DNA of 64,000 bases. It comes from an uncultured delta proteobacterium. GTDB lineage: Bacteria > Desulfobacterota > Desulfobaccia > Desulfobaccales > 0-14-0-80-60-11. Within the stretch, counting starts at the first letter, position 1, and every line of letters starts with the position of its first letter. The notes below the pieces were generated by a model. That model worked only from the letters and a program-made list of their open reading frames with translations, was not told the DNA's origin and did no database searches. This document shows positions 60,190 through 64,000 of this stretch, in pieces. The DNA is taken from assembly GCA_963705115.1 (NCBI GenBank), contig CAVPIX010000010.1, positions 1,165,461 through 1,229,460 on the forward strand. Reading direction: 5' to 3'. The position numbers and the translations under genes were made by a program.

Positions 60190-61664
60190 CAGGAAGAAAC
60201 AAGTTGATCCTTACGGTTAGCTCAATTGCTGCAATTGTTTTGATGCTGACCCTCATGGGGGGAACGGCGCCCATGCCTCAGGCTGCCGCCGCCTCCCTGG
60301 CGCCGGATACCTTCGCCGACGTCGCCCAGAAATTTTCCGCGGCAGTCGTCAACATCAGCACCCAGAAAACCTTCAAGGGGAAGCCCCAATCCCGGCGGGA
60401 CTTTTTCGGTCCCGGCCCCGGTGGTCCCGGCGGCCCTGGTCCCATGCCCCATCCCGGGGATCCCTTTGGGGATTTCTTTGACAAATTTTTTCCGGACATG
60501 CCCCGAGACCGCACCCAGCGCTCCCTGGGCACCGGCTTTATTATTGACCCCAAAGGCTTGGTGATCACCAACGAGCACGTGGTCAAGAATGCTGACAAAA
60601 TTAAGGTGAAGATGGCGGGGCAGGGCGGCAAGGAATACACCGCCACGGTAAAGGGCCGCGACCCCCAGACAGACATTGCCCTTCTCCAGATCGACAGCAA
60701 TGAAACCTTTCCAGCCCTCTCCCTGGGCGATTCCGACAGCATCCGGGTCGGGGACTGGGTGGTGGCCATCGGCAATCCCTTCGGATTGGGACACACCGTC
60801 ACCCAGGGGATTATCAGCGCCAAGGGGCGGGTCATCGGGGCCGGCCGCTATGACAATTTTCTCCAGACCGACGCGGCCATCAACCCGGGAAACAGCGGCG
60901 GCCCTCTCCTCAATCTGACGGGCGAAGTGGTGGGCATTAACACCGCCATTGTGGCCACCGGCCAGGGCATCGGCTTTGCCATCCCCAGCAACCTGGTGAA
61001 GAGTATTATCGGGCAGTTGCAGGAGAAGGGCAAAGTGGTGCGGGGCATGCTGGGCGTGCAGGTGCAGGTGGTCACTCCCGAAATCGCCAAATCCTATGGG
61101 CTGGCTGAACCCAAAGGCGCCCTGGTGGCTGATGTCCATGCGGACACCCCCGCGGAGAAGGCCGGCATCAAGCGGGAAGATATCATTATCGAGTTCAACG
61201 GCCAGCCCATTAATGAAATGAATGAATTGCCCCGGCTGGTGGCGTCGTTGGCCCCGGGCGCCAAAGCCACGGTGAAAGTCCTCCGGGAAGGCAAGGAAAA
61301 GACTTTCAATATAACCGTCACCGAACTGAAAGAGGAGCGCTTTGCCGGCGGGGAACCCGGCGAAATGGATCAGGAAAGCTCCATCGGTCTGATGGTGGAG
61401 GACCTCAATCCCCAAATGGCCCGGCGCTTTGATCTGAAAGACGCCAAGGGCGTGGTGGTGATGGATGTGGCCCCCGGTTCTCCCGCCTCTGAATCCGGCT
61501 TCCGCCGGGGGGACGTCATCCTGGAGATCAACGGCAAAGCGGTTCCCGACGTTAAGGCCTTCCAGAAAATTATGGCTGAGCAGCCCAAGAAGTCCTTCGC
61601 CCGCTTCCTGGTGAAGCGCGAAGGCCGGACCCTCATCGTTGCGGTGGAAATGCCGGAAAAATAA
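60186..61664 (+). CDS. degP: HtrA/DegP/DegQ-family periplasmic serine protease with two PDZ domains
   Basis: TNEHVV, DIALLQ and GNSGGPLLN catalytic triad contexts. ATGA overlap with the upstream gene. Confidence 0.9.
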   Translation: MTGRNKLILTVSSIAAIVLMLTLMGGTAPMPQAAAASLAPDTFADVAQKFSAAVVNISTQKTFKGKPQSRRDFFGPGPGGPGGPGPMPHPGDPFGDFFDKFFPDMPRDRTQRSLGTGFIIDPKGLVITNEHVVKNADKIKVKMAGQGGKEYTATVKGRDPQTDIALLQIDSNETFPALSLGDSDSIRVGDWVVAIGNPFGLGHTVTQGIISAKGRVIGAGRYDNFLQTDAAINPGNSGGPLLNLTGEVVGINTAIVATGQGIGFAIPSNLVKSIIGQLQEKGKVVRGMLGVQVQVVTPEIAKSYGLAEPKGALVADVHADTPAEKAGIKREDIIIEFNGQPINEMNELPRLVASLAPGAKATVKVLREGKEKTFNITVTELKEERFAGGEPGEMDQESSIGLMVEDLNPQMARRFDLKDAKGVVVMDVAPGSPASESGFRRGDVILEINGKAVPDVKAFQKIMAEQPKKSFARFLVKREGRTLIVAVEMPEK

Positions 61665-61693
61665 GAAGCACGTAGGAAAGGCTTGATATAAGA

Positions 61694-61733
61694 CCTGGCC
61701 GGAGAGCAACTACCTCCGGTCAGATCTTTTTTA
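61694..61733 (+). terminator. rho-independent terminator after degP
   Basis: CCTGGCCGGAG-agcaactac-CTCCGGTCAG followed by ATCTTTTTT. Confidence 0.65.
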
Positions 61734-61970
61734 TTCGTCATTTGTATTAGGTTGCGCCATGAGTTGTTATGCCAAGTTTCAGTCAAATGGGTATTTTTTG
61801 TAGTGGCGCAATTTATTGCGCCTTCTTAAGGGCGTGATGAATCACGCCCCTACATTAGTTCGAATGATTGTCCTTCGATTGCGACTTGGTATTATACCGA
61901 GTTGCAGTCGAACGGTGGCACAGGCTTTCCAGCCTGTGCAGGTGCAGGCTTAAACTATCATGGCTCGATG

Positions 61971-62048
61971 TGGGCCACCCCCCCCCGAAGATGAAAATCT
62001 GTTGTAGGGGCGACGCATGCGTCGCCCCTACGGGGGAATTTCACGGTA
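61971..62048 (-). repeat. inverted copy of the ~75-nt GTAGGGGCGACGCATGCGTCGCCCCTAC element
   Basis: See 54629-54702. Confidence 0.85.
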
Positions 62049-62225
62049 TAGTGTGCGGCTACAAAAAATGCTGATTGAGTGCAACCTGGCATTACTAATA
62101 AAAAAATGCAGCCGCGAGGCTAAGCCGGGGTTCATTTACTTATGGACACAGGCAAAAGCTTACGGCTGCAAATAAGGACTCGGAGATCGTGCTGCGGATA
62201 TTAAAAGGTCTTAGCAGATCCCCAT

Positions 62226-62852
62226 TTAACGTTTCTTGATAAGCACGAGGGTTCTGCTGTCCACCATGGGGTAGATTTCGTCGATGTCCTTGTTAAGCAA
62301 GGATACACAACCCAGGGTCCAGTCCTGGCGCTGGTAGTTCATGGCCGGGTCATGGGTCCCGTGGATGCCGACATCGCCCCCGATTTTCGCTTCCTCGTGC
62401 AGTCGCCCCGTTTTCTTGGCTTCACTGAATTTCAGCCAATTTTGGTTGTTGGGATAATCCAACAGGATAAATTTATCCCAGCGAGGGTGGGGGTACTTGC
62501 ACACCACCCGGTAGACTCCCTCCGGAGTGCACTGGTCGCCCTGGCAAAGTTTATCGGGTCTGGGATTGCCCCCCAGGACGACGGGATAGGTTTTCACCGG
62601 TTTTACGCCCTGGTAAACCGTCAGTTTGCGGTCCTTTTTTTTCACTACCAGGACGGTGGAGCTGCTGCGGGAGCCGCCGTTGCCCTTTCTATCCAGCAAC
62701 TCCTTGACTTCCTGCTGTTCCGCGCTGAGCGGTGCTTCGATCTCCGGAACCGGCTGCGGCGGTTTGGCTATAATCTGCACCTTTCTTTTGCCGCAGCCGC
62801 CCACTCCCAAAACCAGGGCTAAAATAACAAAGCATAACAACAAGTTACGCAC
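62226..62852 (-). CDS. L,D-transpeptidase (YkuD-fold) lipoprotein
   Basis: Lipobox-like LVLGVGGC; GIHGTHDP...GCVSL catalytic His/Cys motif. Confidence 0.8.
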   Translation of the reverse strand: MRNLLLCFVILALVLGVGGCGKRKVQIIAKPPQPVPEIEAPLSAEQQEVKELLDRKGNGGSRSSSTVLVVKKKDRKLTVYQGVKPVKTYPVVLGGNPRPDKLCQGDQCTPEGVYRVVCKYPHPRWDKFILLDYPNNQNWLKFSEAKKTGRLHEEAKIGGDVGIHGTHDPAMNYQRQDWTLGCVSLLNKDIDEIYPMVDSRTLVLIKKR

Positions 62853-63133
62853 AATAGCCTCCTCCCCCGAAAAGTTATATATGTGGTAACTGCTCGAGAC
62901 TATAACAAAAGGCCCTTATCCAGTCAAGGCTTGATCGGATTTTTTCCTTTTAACATTAGCACCATTGTTATTATGATGCGCTATTCTTAAACCGATCTCA
63001 TTTTATTAAGTTATGCCGGCGCAGCCAAGCCATGCCATTGTGATCCATCCGCAAGACGATGTGGCTTTACTTTTGCAATGAATCCTTTATCCTTAAATAG
63101 AAATTATTGCATTCCTTTGCGCTATGCACCGAT

Positions 63134-63649
63134 ATGCCCCTGCATTTGATTATTGACGGCTACAATCTCATCCGCCAATCTCCCTGGTTCAGCCTCTTGG
63201 ACGCCCGGGACCTGGAAGCGGGCCGGGAATCCCTGTTGCATGCCTTGTCGGAGTATCGCCGGCGGCGCTCCCAACCCAAAATTACCGTGGTCTTCGACGG
63301 TTGGCAGGGAGGGGCTTTCCAGGAGAGCCGGGACCTGTTCCAGGGGGTGGGGATAATATATTCCCGGCGGGGGGAGCGGGCCGACGAAGTCATCAAGCGT
63401 TTGCTGAAACGGGAGGGCAACCGGGCCGTAGTGGTCAGTTCGGACCGGGAGCTGCAGGACAGTGCCGAGCGGGTAGGGGCGACCTGGGTGGCCGCGGCTG
63501 AGTTCGAGATGCTCTATTTGCGAAAGGCTCAAGGCGGTCAGGAATCAGAGGAAGAAAATCCGGCTTCCCGGGGCGCCGGCAAGAAAGGGCCGGCCCGGCG
63601 CCTCAAGAAAAATCTGCGCCAAAAAAAGGAGCGCTTGCGCAAGCTCTGA
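63134..63649 (+). CDS. YacP/Rae1-like NYN-domain RNase
   Basis: LIIDGYNLI...VVFDG...VVSSDRELQ pattern and basic C-terminal tail. Confidence 0.7.
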   Translation: MPLHLIIDGYNLIRQSPWFSLLDARDLEAGRESLLHALSEYRRRRSQPKITVVFDGWQGGAFQESRDLFQGVGIIYSRRGERADEVIKRLLKREGNRAVVVSSDRELQDSAERVGATWVAAAEFEMLYLRKAQGGQESEEENPASRGAGKKGPARRLKKNLRQKKERLRKL

Positions 63650-63750
63650 CCAGCGCCCCATTGCTCTTTGCCAGGGGATGATTATGTTTAGCTCAGCGGG
63701 CCAAAGAGCCCGCCGCCCCATTACACCTGAAGGCAAAAAGGAGAACAGCC

Positions 63751-63924
63751 ATGACCGCGACGGAAATGAAGGCCCACTGGAAATGCACCAAGTGCGGCTT
63801 TACCATGGAAGCGGCTCGGCCCCCCGAGACCTGCCCGCAATGCAAGGATTCCTGCGAATTTAAGGATGTCAGCTGTTATTTGCCGGAATGCGGCGGCGTG
63901 GGCAACATCGACCCTAGACTTTAA
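63751..63924 (+). CDS. small rubredoxin-like zinc-ribbon protein (57 aa, not in ORF track)
   Basis: ATG after AAGGAG. WKCTKCGF...CPQCKD (two CxxC pairs). Frame checked manually to the TAA at 63922. Confidence 0.5.
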   Translation: MTATEMKAHWKCTKCGFTMEAARPPETCPQCKDSCEFKDVSCYLPECGGVGNIDPRL

Positions 63925-64000
63925 CCTTTCAACCTCCCTGGTTTCAGAGGTTGGCCACCAAGCTCGGCAGGGGCGGGACCGGTATTTAACCGCCTGATCC

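Overview
High-GC bacterial chromosomal window that is mostly housekeeping. The gene content suggests a deltaproteobacterial or Desulfobacterota-like anaerobe, but that is inference only.

Main blocks in order:
- PHA storage locus: phaR, two tandem phasins, phaC, a PhaE-like gene and an SDR (0.4-5 kb).
- Minus-strand string rplU-rpmA-obg-proB-[insert]-proA-nadD-rsfS-M48 protease-FmdB (8.3-17.3 kb).
- GH57 glucan enzyme, gmhA, hemC, sfsA, prs, hisS-aspS.
- Re-citrate-synthase-like gene plus a split B12 acyl-CoA mutase.
- DHH-CBS CCA/poly(A) polymerase and a XerD-like recombinase, then rlmB.
- GTP-PEPCK, two sulfotransferases with cysC, TadE/TadG-like genes, and a beta-CASP RNase.
- tRNA-Val, glyQS, ftsY, an M16 peptidase pair with degP, an L,D-transpeptidase, and a YacP/NYN gene.

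Visibly AT-rich patches interrupt this background:
1. 12684-14372: a single ABC-ATPase/Toprim (OLD / GajA / fused PARIS-like) gene wedged exactly between proB and proA. This is my top candidate for an accessory or defence function.
2. ~5.07-8.28 kb: an islet with an HhH-GPD-like gene and a 530-aa protein ending in an Rx4H HEPN motif.
3. 40.5-42.8 kb: a low-GC GTP-PEPCK abutting a truncated ATP-PEPCK remnant.
4. The last ~465 nt of hisS.

Six otherwise conserved genes (nadD, proA, aspS, xerD-like, tadG-like, second M16 peptidase) are each broken by a 1-2 nt frameshift. I read this as assembly or consensus error or recent decay, and it needs read-level checking.

Intergenic DNA is packed with a modular family of palindromic or MITE-like repeats, some inserted inside operons. 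No rRNA, CRISPR array, transposase or prophage was seen. All calls come from motif recognition by eye; no searches were run.
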